Of a stretch of 64,000 nucleotides of DNA, positions 50,442 through 63,660 are shown one piece after another. This stretch comes from Okamejei kenojei (lineage: Eukaryota), in assembly GCA_035221665.1 (NCBI GenBank), contig CM069131.1, forward strand, positions 50,592,001 to 50,656,000, read 5' to 3'. Each line of letters opens with the position of its first letter. The first letter of the stretch is position 1. The position numbers and the translations under genes are program-made. The notes beneath the pieces are model-generated. The model did no database searches and had not been told where the DNA came from. It saw nothing but the letters and a program-made list of their open reading frames with translations.

Positions 50442-51164
50442 CCTTTTTAAAGCTCTACCATGAATGTAATTGTATTTTAGTTCTAACAACGTTATTGAAT
50501 ATGACCAGGTCTGTTATTAATTCATGCTAAATCTGCTACTAAGCATTATTTATCTAAGCGTATGGCTGGATCGCAGTAGCAGACACCCTGTGTCTGAATC
50601 TAATGGTATCCCTGATGCTTCTGTTTAATCTCATTTTCACAAATGTATAACTAAAGTTCTTGATTAATAAATCTTATTATGCTATTTAAACTCTGTATCA
50701 CTGAAGATGAATCTTGCGTATTACTGAATCAGGCAGGCTCATTGTAACTCAATGTTGCCTGATCTCACAGATCCAATGGCATTCTGTATTGCCAAATCAC
50801 TGTCCTTTTATTTCTTATTTCACAGCATCCCAAATGGTAGTGCTATTTTAGTTCAGAGTAGAACTAAATGTCTCCTGTTTTATTGCATGGTATTATTCTC
50901 AATGTTAATTTATCTCCTAGTATTGCTGTTTTATCGTCTCACAGTATTGCTGAATCTAAGTTATTTGACAATAATACTGAATCTCTTAATTTCACACGTT
51001 GTTTCTGAATATACCAACCCTTTGTTATTTTGTTTCATTTAATGTTGAATGTTCTCACCATTCCCTGAACTTAATTTTCACTCTTGATGTATCTGGTTGT
51101 TATTTTATCTCACTGTTACAGAGTGTCTCCTTATTGTTTTTTTTTTCATTTGTCTGGTTGTTAC

Positions 51165-52790
51165 TGAGTCTCGGGCTCAGTCACGGCCCCTTCGGTCACC
51201 GGCTGCCCGTTTTTTTTCTCGCTCCCTCAAAAGTGGTGCCTTTGCCGAGAGTGAAGGGGGACGGAAAGGGGTGGGTGGATCCGCCCGCTGCACCTTGTGA
51301 CGGCGGCAGGTAGAAAGAAGGGGCGGGGGAAAGAGGGAGAAGGAGAGGGGCGTGGAGAGTGCCGACCTGCGGGGCAGGGTGGGCGTTGTGGTCCGGACGG
51401 GGTGGCATCAGCGATCCTTTCCCTCTACCTGTGTATATGGGGGGTGGACGCTGGTTTGCGCCACGTGTGTCAGAAGTGGGCTGGTCTAGAGATCTCTCCC
51501 CGGTTGATGCAAACACTAAGAGTGGAACACCATACACACACACACACACACACATACATACACATACACAGGGCTCTCTCTTCCTTCGGGCGGGGGACAG
51601 GGTTAAGCGGGGGAGCGTTGTCTGGGTGAAATTCACACGGTGCAAAGCCAATGTGAATACAGACACACACCACGATGGACAGGAAAGTTGGCGCTGTGAT
51701 TAAGACGGTGAAAGCAGAGTGTACGGGAAGGGTCACTGAAGTACTTTAAAACTTAGTCAGACCCTGAAAGACAGCTGTGAGGCGGGTGAGTTGGGTGGAG
51801 GGGGGTTCGGGTCCGTCGTGAAGAGGCCAGGGTCTGTCGGGAAGACGGTGATCTGTCCAGGGATAGTACAAAGCAAACACGGCACAGGCTGGGTGGGTGT
51901 GTAATCGGGAGAGAGGGATGGTGCAGAGACACGCAGTTCACAGAGTAGAGAGAACGTGTGTGTGAGAGAGAGAGACTGCACAGAGCCTCTGTGTACAGCA
52001 AGAGAGAGGGTGTATATAGAGTGAGACACAGCAGAGAGTCGGTGTGGAGGGGACGGAGAAGATTGTGTGAAAGAGAGAGAGAGAGGGAGTGGGAAGAAAG
52101 AAAGAAACGGGGGAGAAGAAGAGAGAGGAGGGGTTGGGGTTGGGGGGGGGGGGGGGGGTTGAGGGACTGTACGCAGCGGAACCCTGGGCAGCCAGAGGGA
52201 GAGACTGGCTGCACAGAGGGAAGGATCGAGAGGCGACAGAGAGGGGAGCCGGCGCTAGTATATCTGCCGCCGCTCAGTTTCAGGGCCGGAGGGAGGTCGG
52301 CAATGACAGGGTAAGGAACACTCGCAGTTTGTTGTCGCACCGTGTGATATATGCGGTGCGTTAAAGCCTTCACTTCAGTAACGCGATCGGGCTGCCAAGT
52401 GAGGCAAAAATAAACCTTCCCTTCGCTTTCTGTTGTGTTGGTTGTTCTTGTCTGATCCATGTCGCTGGTTTCCAGCGTCCGGGTGAAAGCGATAGGAAAA
52501 GGCACAGGAGGCGCAGGCTGGGTGCTGGCTGGATGCTAATTGTGAGCGGCCACCGGTTCACAGCGCTCGCCTCTCCGTCTCCCACCCGCTGACCACTGTG
52601 CCAGGACCAAGCCCAGTGTCATCCGAGCCCCGGCCACAGCGCTGACATCAGCTGCCAGCTCAGTGCTGCCGCTTATTCGGGGCTTGTCGCTGACTTTAGA
52701 GACACTCTAAAAACGAGACCGTATGTTGCCGCCAGTAATAGGGCGGGCGGGCGGATGGATGGATGGGGAGGAGTGGTGGGACTTCGTGGT
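51165..52790 (+). promoter_or_regulatory. CpG island: probable promoter and first exon(s) of an unidentified gene
   Basis: Unique GC/CpG-rich DNA free of recognisable TEs; GC boxes, (CA)n and (GA)n; plus-strand donors G|GTGAGT (51786) and ATGACAGG|GTAAGG (52311). Confidence 0.65.
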
Positions 52791-52934
52791 GAAAGGGTAA
52801 AAGGCATTCTGCTGTTCCCCGTGCATCTATCTGGGCTTTACCAGTGCCATACCGTGTGGCTGCTAGTTAGTGGCTGTCTGTGGGGGTCCCAGGGACCATC
52901 TCTGGTGCCTGTGAGAGGTGACGCTTCAAACTCA

Positions 52935-53335
52935 GCTTGCAGCGGTGGAGTTGCTGCCTTGCAGCGCCGGGGATCCGGGTTTGATCCTGACTACGGGTGT
53001 TCTCTGTACGGAGTTTGCACATGTGTTTCTCCGGGTGTGCCCCCCCCCCCCTCCCCCCCCCAAGACGTACAGGTTTGGTTTGTTGGTTGTGAAGCAGATA
53101 TTGTATGTGGAACACCATTCCTCCTCTCCAGAGATGCTGCCTGTCCCGCTGAGTTACTCCAGCATTGTGTGTCTATCCCAGGTTTGCAGCGCAATTGGCT
53201 TCGGTAAAATTGCAAATTGTCCCTCGCGTGTAGGATAGTGTTAGTGTGCGTGGGTCGCTGGTCGGCAGAGACTTGGTGGGCCGAAGGGCCTGTTTCCGTG
53301 CTACATCTCTAAACTAAACTAAATGAAACTAAACT
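52935..53335 (+). mobile_element. V-SINE interrupted by a Penelope fragment
   Basis: SINE head and tail flank a pLTR piece at ~53115-53180. Confidence 0.8.
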
Positions 53336-53799
53336 CAGTGCCACTAAGTCAGAGTGAGGAAAAATAAAGTCAGGCTCGTCTTTCCCTTCCTTTGCCAGTC
53401 ACTTGTGTGCGTATGGCTTTCGTATTGTACCGTGCAGGCTGCGTGCACTGAGTTAATGGGAACATGGATGAGATGGGGAGAGAGCTGCGTCCATTAATAA
53501 CAGACGATGCGTGCAGGCAGGCAGGGAGCAGAGTAGACCATTGGGTAGAGTCATTCTGTCGTGAACTGTGTAACTCTAAGTCGCGCACACAGTGGTTTGC
53601 AAATGTATCCAGACTGTGCAATCCCTCAACCGTCTGCTGTCTTTATGCATCTAGCATTGTTGGTCTGAGAGACACAAAGTGGGTTCTTTGTGTCCCTTGC
53701 TCTCGTAGCAGAGGGAGATGCTGCTGCAGTTTCATGCAGAATTAATGCAATGAAAAAAAAACCTACTTGCGAGTTATACACACTCTGTGGGCAAAAGAA

Positions 53800-54110
53800 A
53801 AAGACACAAAAGACACAAAGTACCGGAGTAACTTAGTGGTTCAGACAGCATCTCCAGAGATCTCTAGTCTCCCTCTTCCCTGACTGTCTGAAGAAGGGTC
53901 TCGACCCAAAACATCACCAATTCCTTTTCTCCAGAGATGCTGCGTTACTCCAGCATTTTGTGTCTATCTCCATAGAACATGGACTCCAGCATGAAGAAGG
54001 GTCTGACCCTAAACATTGCCTGTCCATGTCCTTCAGAGATGTTGCCCGACCGCTGAGATAATCCAGCATTTTGTGTCTTTTATTTTGTAAACCAACGTCT
54101 GCAGTTCAAT
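53800..54110. mobile_element. Cluster of Penelope pLTR fragments
   Basis: Two hammerhead-like motifs (~53888, ~53992) and an inverted arm. Confidence 0.7.
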
Positions 54111-54484
54111 TCAAGTGGGTTGATTAAGCCACTTCTTTAAGTCTTAAAATATTTCTAATTTTAATCCATGAAGTAAAAAAAAATAATTATTTGGTTATTA
54201 AACCGGGGACATGAACAGCTCATTTTCTGCTGCTGATTCAGACTCGAGTGCTTTCCATAACGGTTTGCAGTCTTGGCACTTTAGCTACACTCGTAAGTTA
54301 TCAGTGATTTATTGGCCTCAATTGAATTGCCATGTGATGGGTCAGATGTATGTGCAATGCAACAAGCATTTCGACATGAGAGATATTTTGGACTATTGAG
54401 ACTCTTTTGGAAAAAACTGACGGATGGTATTTCTGGTCATGGTTTGAGTGGTATCAGTGTGAATTTCTCAGAAATAATGAGCAA

Positions 54485-54720
54485 AAGACACAGTGCTGGA
54501 GTAGTGCAGCAGTTCAGGCAGCATCCTTGGGGGGACCGAATAAGCAACATCTCCGGTTGGGACCCTTCTTCAGTCACTTCTTGAGTTTGAATAAGGGTCC
54601 TGACCCGAAACGTTGCCTTTTAATTCCCTCCACAGCTGTGGTCTGCCCCCTGCTGCGTTTCTCCACCCACATTGTTTTACTTGATTTCATCATCATTATC
54701 AGTTCCATGTGTCTCCATCT
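54485..54720. mobile_element. Older Penelope fold-back repeat
   Basis: Head-to-head pLTR motifs. Confidence 0.6.
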
Positions 54721-55134
54721 CAGAAATAATACTTTGTAATGCAACTTCAATACCAATTGCCATTCTGCCTTTGTTCCCTCATCACATTGGTGAGTACAAG
54801 TCTGTAATTATTTTGTTAATCATACGTAATTTACAACTGGAACATGGGAAAGGTATTTTGTCTTTTGAAATACCACTTTGGTCATTGGTGTGCGCGTGTG
54901 TGCATGTGCACGTGTGCTGTTGTATCTCATTTGAAAATTATATTTTAAACATGTGATTCCAAGTCCCCAAGCTTCCCAAAATTGGGAAGCTTATATTGCT
55001 GTTCACTTTATTCATGGTTAATTACATCCATTGGTTGAAAATATAAATGGTGGTCAAGGAAGATTGCTGTCAGCACATTCATTGAAATTAGTCAGACTGA
55101 GGTTGAAGCTGGTATATAATTTTGAATTATATAC

Positions 55135-55595
55135 CAGATTGCTGCTTGGATTACAGGGTTTCAGCACGAAGGAGAGGTTGGATAAACTTAGATTGTTTAC
55201 CCTGGAACGTCAGAGGTTGTGGGGAGACCTGGTAGAAGCATATAAAAATATTAGAGGCATAGAATGGCTAGACAGTCAGAAGTCTTTATCTCAGGGTGGA
55301 ACTGTCCAACACTGGAGGGCATAGCTGTAAAGTGAGAGGGGGAAAGTTTACTGGAGATGTGTGGGGCACGTTTGTTTACATAGAGAGTGGTGGGGGCCTG
55401 GAACACATTGCCAGGGGTGGTGGTGGAGGCAGAAAGTGGTGTTTTTAAGGGGCTTTTAGATAGGCACATGGAAGTGCATGAGTAGAGGGATATGAATCAT
55501 GTACAAAAGATGAGATCAGTTTAACTTGCATCATGTTTGCCGCAAACATTGTGGGCTGAAGGGCCCTTTCCTGTGCTGTGCTGTTCTATGTTCTA
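55135..55595 (+). mobile_element. CR1 3' end
   Basis: ERLDKLRLFTLERQRLWGDLVEAYK; (TTCTATG)n tail. Confidence 0.85.
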
Positions 55596-55775
55596 TTGCC
55601 ATGGTACAGTTTACTTTATAATTAAAAACACTTGTAGCCTTCGAATAAAGGTGGCAAGAATGTCGAGTATCCATGGAAATTCTAATGGTTAGCTATTATT
55701 GTCCATAGGTATTCACAAACTACTTCCCAATTAAAGTTGGGAATCATTGAGATCAGTGGATGGTGAACAAATACC

Positions 55776-55916
55776 TGGGCTAATACCTACCTGATGGATC
55801 AATTTGTTTCACTGTATTGCACAATGGACTCATCCACACCTGGTCTTTCCTGATGTGGATTAATCCTATTGTGCAATACAGTATACTCATTGATCCATCA
55901 GGTAAGTATTTGCCCA
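55776..55916. repeat. 141-bp imperfect palindrome (hairpin)
   Basis: ~65-bp arms with exact blocks TACCTGATGGATCAAT and ACTGTATTGCACAAT. Confidence 0.9.
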
Positions 55917-56749
55917 CAAACAAAGATAAAACCATATAATTCAATTTGTTGGTGTAACTTGTGATATTGTGGCATGTTTATTACTCAAAGTGACTTTCCT
56001 TGCTCCCAATCTCATTGTTTAACATGAATAAATCTTCTTTACACTGTTTACATTTCCCTTTTAAACAAACAACAAAATTTATTTCTATAGTGCTGGTGTC
56101 CTAACCTCTAACCTAACTCCATGGCAACTATTGTGCTGAAGTCAGCAATCTTTTCCCAGCTGATTCATTTTACATAGTCCAAAACATAATATATATATAT
56201 ATATATAATATAGTGATCTGTATTAGTGACAAACCCAAAATAGTTACCTATTTTAACTTATGTCTTCATTAACGGAAAATGCTAAAGGTCTATTGGGAAT
56301 GAGGAGAGAAGAAAGGGCGAGGTGGGGAAAGAATACTAATTGGACTTTCCTTTCAAAGAGTTGGCATCTGGTGATAGGTCTGCAATGGTGTAACTAAAGA
56401 TTTATTAATTGCATGTAGTTCTGAGCATTTTAAAGTTATCAATGCAAACTAAATGCAATTACTGTAAGTTAGTTTTATTTTTAATTCCCTTTAAAAAACA
56501 TTTTTTAACATAGCTTCACAGAAGTTGTAAGAATAATAACTATTTTGCATCGAGTTTGAAGAAGAAAAACTCCATTGATGTTTGATAATGGAGAATTGAA
56601 AAGGAATGGGTGACGTTTCAGGTTGGAACCCCTCTTCAGACTATCGTCAATATACTTTTTTTCCAGAGATGCTGCCTGACCTGCTGAGTTATTCCAGCAC
56701 TTTGTGTCTATCCTCGGTATAAACAACAGTTCTTTCCTACACATCAAGA

Positions 56750-57110
56750 TAGTCTAGAGTGTTTTATTGTCAGATGAACTGAAACAGAACAATGAAATGT
56801 TTTTGCAATTCAGCAGCACCTCAAGTTTGTAAATGCAGTATTCAATAGATAATATAATAAACAATTTTTTTTTACATGTTCAATAAATAAAAAAATCCAA
56901 TGTAATGCAAAAAAAAAAAACGAAGTCCGAAGTCCCCAGTGCAATCACGCAGATAGTAGTTCATAGTTTAGTTGGAATTCATTGTGTTCAATAACCTGAT
57001 GGTTGTTGGGAAGAGGCTCTTTATGAACCTGGATGTTGCCGTTTTCAGGCTCCGAAACCTGCTTCCCAATGGCAGGGGTGAAACGAGAGTGTGGCCAGGG
57101 TGGTGCGGTC
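56750..57110 (-). mobile_element. Rex1/Babar-like LINE 3' UTR
   Basis: AGAGTGTTTTATTGTC tail family. Confidence 0.6.
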
Positions 57111-57579
57111 GCCTCGATGTAGCAGTTTGATTTTAAGCTGCGCCCGGTGGAGAAAGGCCCCGCAAACGGGCCAATTCAGCCTTCAGAAAGCGTCTGATAA
57201 AGTCCGGATTACAAAACATGGGGGGGATTGTCCCGCACCTCTCAAAGCATGGGGGCCCTGTCCCCCCAGGATTTCCGCCCCCTGCTGGGGCTGTTGAATC
57301 TTTCCACCACCGACCTGTTGATGAAGGCAGGTTTTGGGATTCGCAGCTTTTCTCTTAAGGAATAAAAAATCTCTTCTGCTGTATGATTCCTTGAACGTGC
57401 CAAAGTTGCACATAGTATGCCATAATCTAGCCGATTTTAGCCTGTGCTGTCACTTGATGGGCTGAAGGGCTTGTTTCCATGCTGTATCTCTTAAAACGAA
57501 TAAAATCTAAAACGCTTCTGAGCTTATGGTGGAAGGTTGGTCATACATGAAGTAGCACAAGATGGTTGAGTCCAAGACA

Positions 57580-58140
57580 CTGCCCTAATGCTGAGGCTTT
57601 GTAAGGCACTGGTCAGACCGCACTTGGGGTATTGTGAGCAGTTTTGGGCCCTGTATCTGAGGAAGGATGTGCTGGCAATGGAAAGGGTCCAGAGGAGGTT
57701 TAAAAGAATGATACCACAACTGATTGGGTTAACATTTGATGAGCGTTTGACAGCACTCTGCCTGTGCTTGCTGGAGTTTAGAAGAATGAGGGGGGACCTC
57801 ATTGAAACTTACTGAATAGTGTAGATGTGGGGAGGATGTTTCCACTGGTGGGAGAGTCAAGGACCAAAAGCCATAGCCTCAGAACAAAAGGATGTACCTT
57901 TAGAAAGGTGATGAGGAGAAATGTATCTAGTCAAAGGGTGGTGAATCCGTGGAATTAATTGCTGCAAACGGCTGTGGAGGCCAAGTCATTGGGTATTTTT
58001 AAAGATTGATAGATTTTTGATTAGTAGGGGTGTCAGGGGTCATGGGGAGAAGGCGGGATAATGGGGTTGGGAGGGAGAGATAGATCAGCCGTGATTGAAT
58101 GGCGGAGGAGACTTGTTGGGCTGAATGGACTCATTCTGAT
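57580..58140 (+). mobile_element. CR1 3' portion
   Basis: ALVRPHLGYCEQFWA...RRMRGDLIETY. Confidence 0.88.
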
Positions 58141-58619
58141 CCTTGAACTGATTACCACTTCCCGCGTTGTCTTTGGGCTGGGGCGATTGATTTGCAACAA
58201 GCACGAACATCTTTCTTTGTGCAAAGTGTGACTCCTGCTGTTGGAGTGTTTAAGAGGTGTTTAGATTGGCACATGGATACGTTGGGAATTTACTGGTAGA
58301 TGAGGTTAGCTTATCTTGGCATTACGTTTGGCACAGGCATTGTGGGTCAAAATGCAGCATATTTTTGATGCTGCATTTTTCTATGCTCTGATTCTAAAGA
58401 TGTTGCATGACCCACTGGGTTCATCCAGCACTTTGTTTTTTGCTCAGGTTTCTAATATCTGCAATCTCTTGTGCCTCCAAGGTGCACCTCTAGCTGTGCA
58501 GTGCTGCCTCAGAACGCCACTGAAGTATCAGGCTTGATAACATGCTCCTAGCCACTTGACCCCGCAGTGTCAGAGCTTATACAAGATCAGTTAACCTTCC
58601 CTCAATTAACCTGTATCCA

Positions 58620-58890
58620 CCTACCATCCACAGTTCAAACTTCTTCTATCCTTATCGCGCACATTTCTTTTCATCTCTGGCCGTTGTCCAACCATCTGCC
58701 GATCAAAATCAAAAAACCCTCTCACCTGTATCCATCTGACTCTCATCAGACATCTTCCGGCTTCACCCCTCCCGTCCCCCACCACCCCCCACAATCAGTC
58801 TGAGGAAGGTCCTGGCCCAAAACGTTACCTATCCATCTGCTCGAGAGATGCTGCATGGCCTGCTGAGTTACTCCAGCTCTTTGTGTCCTT
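58620..58890 (+). mobile_element. Penelope 3' UTR/pLTR fragment
   Basis: Hammerhead-like motif at ~58800 followed by GCTGAGTTACTCCAGC. Confidence 0.65.
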
Positions 58891-59944
58891 TTTAAAAAAA
58901 AACCTTATAATAAGCTCTTAGCATTACACAGAACTATTGCAATATATTGCCATTAAAATTGATCGGAAATTGTGGAAAAATATTAGAAATCTAAAATCAA
59001 GATCAGAATGCGAATCTAAAAATCTCAGATTCCGCCTTTTAATTTGTACATTTAAGATGCCAGCAAATATGTGCCCGTTTTAGAAATGTGTGTCACCTTG
59101 TGCCAAAAATAATCTGTCACAATCATACTGATTTCATCCCTGTTGTCACCCATCTCCGGAGCGGGATATACATTAAAATTTATGTTATTGCCTAAACAAC
59201 AGATTTCCATGTGAATTTTACACCTCGAGTCCTTTGTCATCATACCGTGAGTATATATTTGTGCAGTCCTATGTGACAGATATAGTGATTGTTGGAATAA
59301 GTGATGTTCAGAAATTACACTGGTACATTTAGAGTGGAGTTCAGTTCTGACACAACCTGTCCCATTGCGGCAGGTTTTGTCGAAACAACAGGAATAGAAA
59401 ACTGTTACTGCCAGGGAAACTCAAATGGATTAGGTTAGCAATGAGATTATGAAATTTGCATTTCTGCAGTAATATAAGATGTTCTGTTACAACATGTCCA
59501 CCAGCTAAGAATGTAGAGGTTATGCACGTCAAACAGTGTTATCTTTGCTCTGGAAAAACTGTTCCAGTTAGCGAAGGTTTGTTTTTGTATTCACATTGAG
59601 TAAATAATGCCACTTCGCTCCAAGGCAAATGACTGTTTACAAAAGCAGGAATGTTTTTTATGCTTGTCTTGAGCTTCTTAAAACTTGCCTTTGGAATGAG
59701 CACAGTTTGATGGAGCCAAGAGACTTGTGATTAACAGAGAAAGTGCTCTCCAATGAGATCCAAGACCTTCGACCAGTTTACTTTGCTTCTCCGATAGTTC
59801 AAAGTCTATAATGTTGCAGAGCAAGGCTAATTATTCCTTAATGCAGGTTTTAAACTGAAGGACTTCCTGTAATGAGGTAGAATATGGCCAAGTCTGAGCT
59901 CATGCATATCACGTGGCTTTACAAAGTAGTTTAGGAATGTTTTG

Positions 59945-60250
59945 TGGTTTAGTTTAGTTTAGAGATACAGCGTGGAAACAGACCATTCAGCCCGCTGAGT
60001 CCCTGGCGACCAGTGATCCCCATACACTAGCACTATCCTACATACACAGGACAATTTACAATTTTACCAAAGCCAATTAGGCTATAAACCTGCACGTTTT
60101 GGGAATGTGGGAGGAAACCAGAGATCCCAGAGAAAACCTACGCAGGTCACGTCGAATGTACAAACTCCGTACAAACAGCACCTGTAGTCAGGAGTGAACC
60201 TGGATCTCTGCCGCTGTAGGGCAGCAACTCTACTGCTGTGCCACCCGTGC
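59945..60250 (-). mobile_element. V-SINE (HE1-like)
   Basis: Reverse motifs, (TTTAG)n tail. Confidence 0.85.
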
Positions 60251-60607
60251 CGTGGGGCTAAATTATTGATGTCTTCAGCTGAACTGTGAGGTGAAATGGG
60301 AGGAGTTACACAGACCAAAACATTTAATGTGCTGCTAATTACCATTGTAAAATCCTGACTCCAGCAGACCAGACGAGGGGTCTAGACCTGAAATGTCAAC
60401 TATCCATTTCCCTCCACAGATGCTGCCTGACCCGTGGGAGTTCCTCCAGCAGTTTTCTTTTGCTCCCGATCCCAGCATCTGCAGCCTTTTGTGTATTCAT
60501 TAAGTCCTTTTGACTTGCCCTAACGTTGACATTCTCTTTGTTCTACACATCCCCCTCTCCTGCTTTCTCTATTATTGAAAATGAACTTTTATCTTTATCT
60601 TTTTATC

Positions 60608-60810
60608 AAAGTGCTGGAGTAACTCAGCAGGTCAGGCAGCGTCTCTGGAGAACATGGACCAGTGATGATTCAGGTCAGAACCCTTTTGAATAATGGTCAC
60701 GTCTCAAATGCCGCCTATCCATGTTCTCCAGAGATGCTGCCTGACCCGCTGAGTTACTCCAGCACTTTGTGCCCTTTTTTGTAAACTAGCATCTGCAGTT
60801 CCTGTTTCTA
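60608..60810. mobile_element. Penelope-derived fold-back repeat
   Basis: AAAGTGCTGGAGTAACTCAGC...GAGAACATGGA arm and its reverse complement, followed by the tail. Confidence 0.8.
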
Positions 60811-61244
60811 CGTATATTTTCCAGTTCTGAGCAAGGATTGCAAACCTGAAACATTTACAGTTTATCTTTCTGTCGATGGAAACGTAAATGGATGAACTTC
60901 AATGTACATTAATATTAGGTGATCTTCAGTGAATCAAAGCGCTAGTTCCCTGTTTTTCCCCCATAGTTGTCTGCCTTATTTCTTGCCATCCCTTCGCCCA
61001 TTCACCAGCAGCAGTTATTTCCACCAAATAAGTATAGCTCTGCCTGGAATCAGATAACCCAGGCAATGAACAGGCATGAAGGCTATAATTTACCTAAGTT
61101 TGACATGGAAAATAGGTGCAGGAGGAGGCCATTTGGCCCTTCGAGCCAAATGCACATTTGACATTGGGTTTGACATTGCAAACCCTACTGCGAAACCGGA
61201 AGCAAATTTGTTCTTGTCAATCACCTGCTTACCTTTCACTTGTG

Positions 61245-61550
61245 GGGCGGTGCGGTGGCGCAGCGGTAGAGTTGCAGCCTTACAGCACCAGAGAGTCGGA
61301 TTTGATCCTGACTATGTGTTCTGTCTGTACAGAATTTGTATCTTCTCCCTGTGATCACGTGGGTTTTCTCTGGGCGATCCGGTTTCCGCCCACATTCCAA
61401 AGATGTCCCGGTTTGTAGGTTAATTGGCTTCAGTAAAATTGTAAATTGTCCCTAATGTGTGGATTAGTGTTAACGTACGGGGTGATCGCTGGTCGGCGCG
61501 GACCTGGTGGGCTAAAGGGCCTGTTTCCACGCTGTAACTCCAAACTCTAA
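61245..61550 (+). mobile_element. V-SINE (HE1-like)
   Basis: Head, central domain and tail motifs. Confidence 0.85.
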
Positions 61551-63134
61551 AGTCTTGTTCCTTCATTTGAATGTTACTGACAATGTCACCTTTTATTGTT
61601 CATCCCTAATTTTCTATTTCCAAAAATATGTTTACAAGATTTTCAGGTATAAAATGATAAGTCATCCCTCACAGTACAAACTATCTCATGCCATTTGCTG
61701 TGGTTGAGTGCTAACTAGAATGGGGCAACCTGTGACAGCCAGAATTTCCTTCTTGCACTCAAGTATCTCAACTGGAACCTTGATGGGTGGGAGGGGGGAA
61801 GAAATTTGTTGTTTTCAGTTGGAGGCGCAGGCTTCCTTTGCAATGCACAGAGACAACAAGGGGGCAAACTCGTGGAAAATCGTTCATTTTGAAAAACAAA
61901 CCCACTATTGCTCCTATTGCTCTCCCTACTCTGACCTGGTGACTTTCTTCATAGGTTTATGGCATCGTAGGTCATGGGCGCTGAATCGGGCCAATCGGCC
62001 CGTCGAGTTATGCCACCGTTCTGGCTGATCTTCCTCTCCCTCTCCAAATAGATCAGATATACCATACATCAAAACATCGTTGGATAAGTAGATCGATGGG
62101 ATAGGGTGATAGAGTAAACCCTTGTTTCAATGGACTCCTTTATAACAATTTTGGACGGAGCTGCCGAAGCCATCCCCAGCTTGCAAGGGGCACCAGCGAG
62201 CCCTTCCTCACCCACCATGTGGTCCAGTTGGCACGGCTGTTGTTGCGGCTCACGTTGTAGCCCTTGGGACAGACAGGATGCGCCCGGTCACCATGGGCTC
62301 CCTCCCATCTCACAAGCTGCCTCTTCTTACTGTTGGCCGTGCAGAAGTGCAGAATATAACTTGCAGCATTACAGTGCATCAGTTCCAGAGACAAAGTCCA
62401 ATGTCCGCCATGTGGTAGAAGTGAATTGGACAATACCCTAGTTTATGGCCAGACTGTTCAGAAGCCTGATAATAGCGGGTGTTAGACTGGCCTACCATCA
62501 ACACTGAGACCCACCCCTATGCCAGGTACTAATACCAAAACATGGCCTGAAAGAACACACGAAAACAAATAAACCCACAGACACTGGAAACTAAAACAAA
62601 ACAAAAAATGTTGGAAGAACACAATGAGCAAATTTAGAAAGAGAAACCGGACAGTGTTTCAGGTTAGGGACCCTCCCTCATCAAGTTCTGGGCAAGCAAG
62701 TTCCATAAGCCCCAGTTGTGATGGAGAGTCCGAGACCTGAAATGTTGACCAGGCTCTTTTTTTCTACTAGTTCTGCTTGACTGGCTGAGTTCTTCCAGCA
62801 TATTCTGTTTCTGTTTGAGAACAGCAGGAAACCAATGAACTGTCAACACATACCCTCAGGTATAAACATGCAAATCTCGTTAGTCAGGAATAAGCGGTTA
62901 TGGCGGAAGGCCAAGCACCTTCAATGCTACTTTAAATCACCTCTATCTAATCTGGTTCATTCAATCCTCACCTGGCGGCCCTGCTCAAGTAAAAGGTATT
63001 CCTACCCATGATTCCATGTGCATTCCTACTTCTACCGGTCTATAAACATGCAAAAAATGACACATTTTCCTTGAACTTTGTCCCCATTGATCTCTCCTTT
63101 TCACACCTCACCCATCCATATCTCTCGGTTCCCT

Positions 63135-63375
63135 TTCGGGAACTGCGGAGGCCTCAATAGGACCCGACTATAGGTGGACATGGGGATGGGGACTGGACTT
63201 TGTGCCTTTCCTCACAGTGGGAACCATTGTGGGGGGATGTTTTTATGTTTATTATTAAATTCTTTAATGTTGTGTCTTATCTTTATCTGTGTGCTGCATG
63301 GCAAGTCAAATTCCACTGCACCAATTGGTGTATGTGATAATAAATGCCCTTTGACCTTTGTCCTTTGACCTTTGT
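63135..63375 (+). mobile_element. 3' end of the CpG-rich retroposon family
   Basis: GCCTTTCCTCACAGTGGG...GGGGGATGT, AATAAA, (CCTTTGA)n tail. Confidence 0.6.
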
Positions 63376-63500
63376 CCTCTGTCCTGACTCTCAGTCCGAA
63401 GACGGGTCTCGACCCAGAACGTCACCCATTCCTTCTCTCCAGAGACGCTGACTGACCCGCTGAGTTACTCCAGTATTTTGTGTCTTATCAAAAGTGACAT

Positions 63501-63660
63501 GGCACGGTGGCACAGCTTGCAGAGCTGCTGCCTCACAGCATCAGTGACCAGGGTTTGATCCTGACCCCGGCTGCTGTCCGTGTGGCGTTTGCTCATTCTT
63601 CCTGTGATCGTGTGGGTTTCCTCCGGGTGCTCCAGTTTGCTCCCACATCCCAAAGATTTG
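63501..63660 (+). mobile_element. V-SINE, 3'-truncated
   Basis: GGCACGGTGG head and central domain. Confidence 0.8.

Noticed and set aside
50560-51160. Degenerate AT-rich reiteration (TATTGCTG / TGAATCT motifs) upstream of the CpG island
   Set aside because: No consistent period could be established by eye; probably a decayed minisatellite
51196-52505. Long ORFs on both strands in the CpG island
   Set aside because: GC-rich and microsatellite-driven, with no recognisable domain
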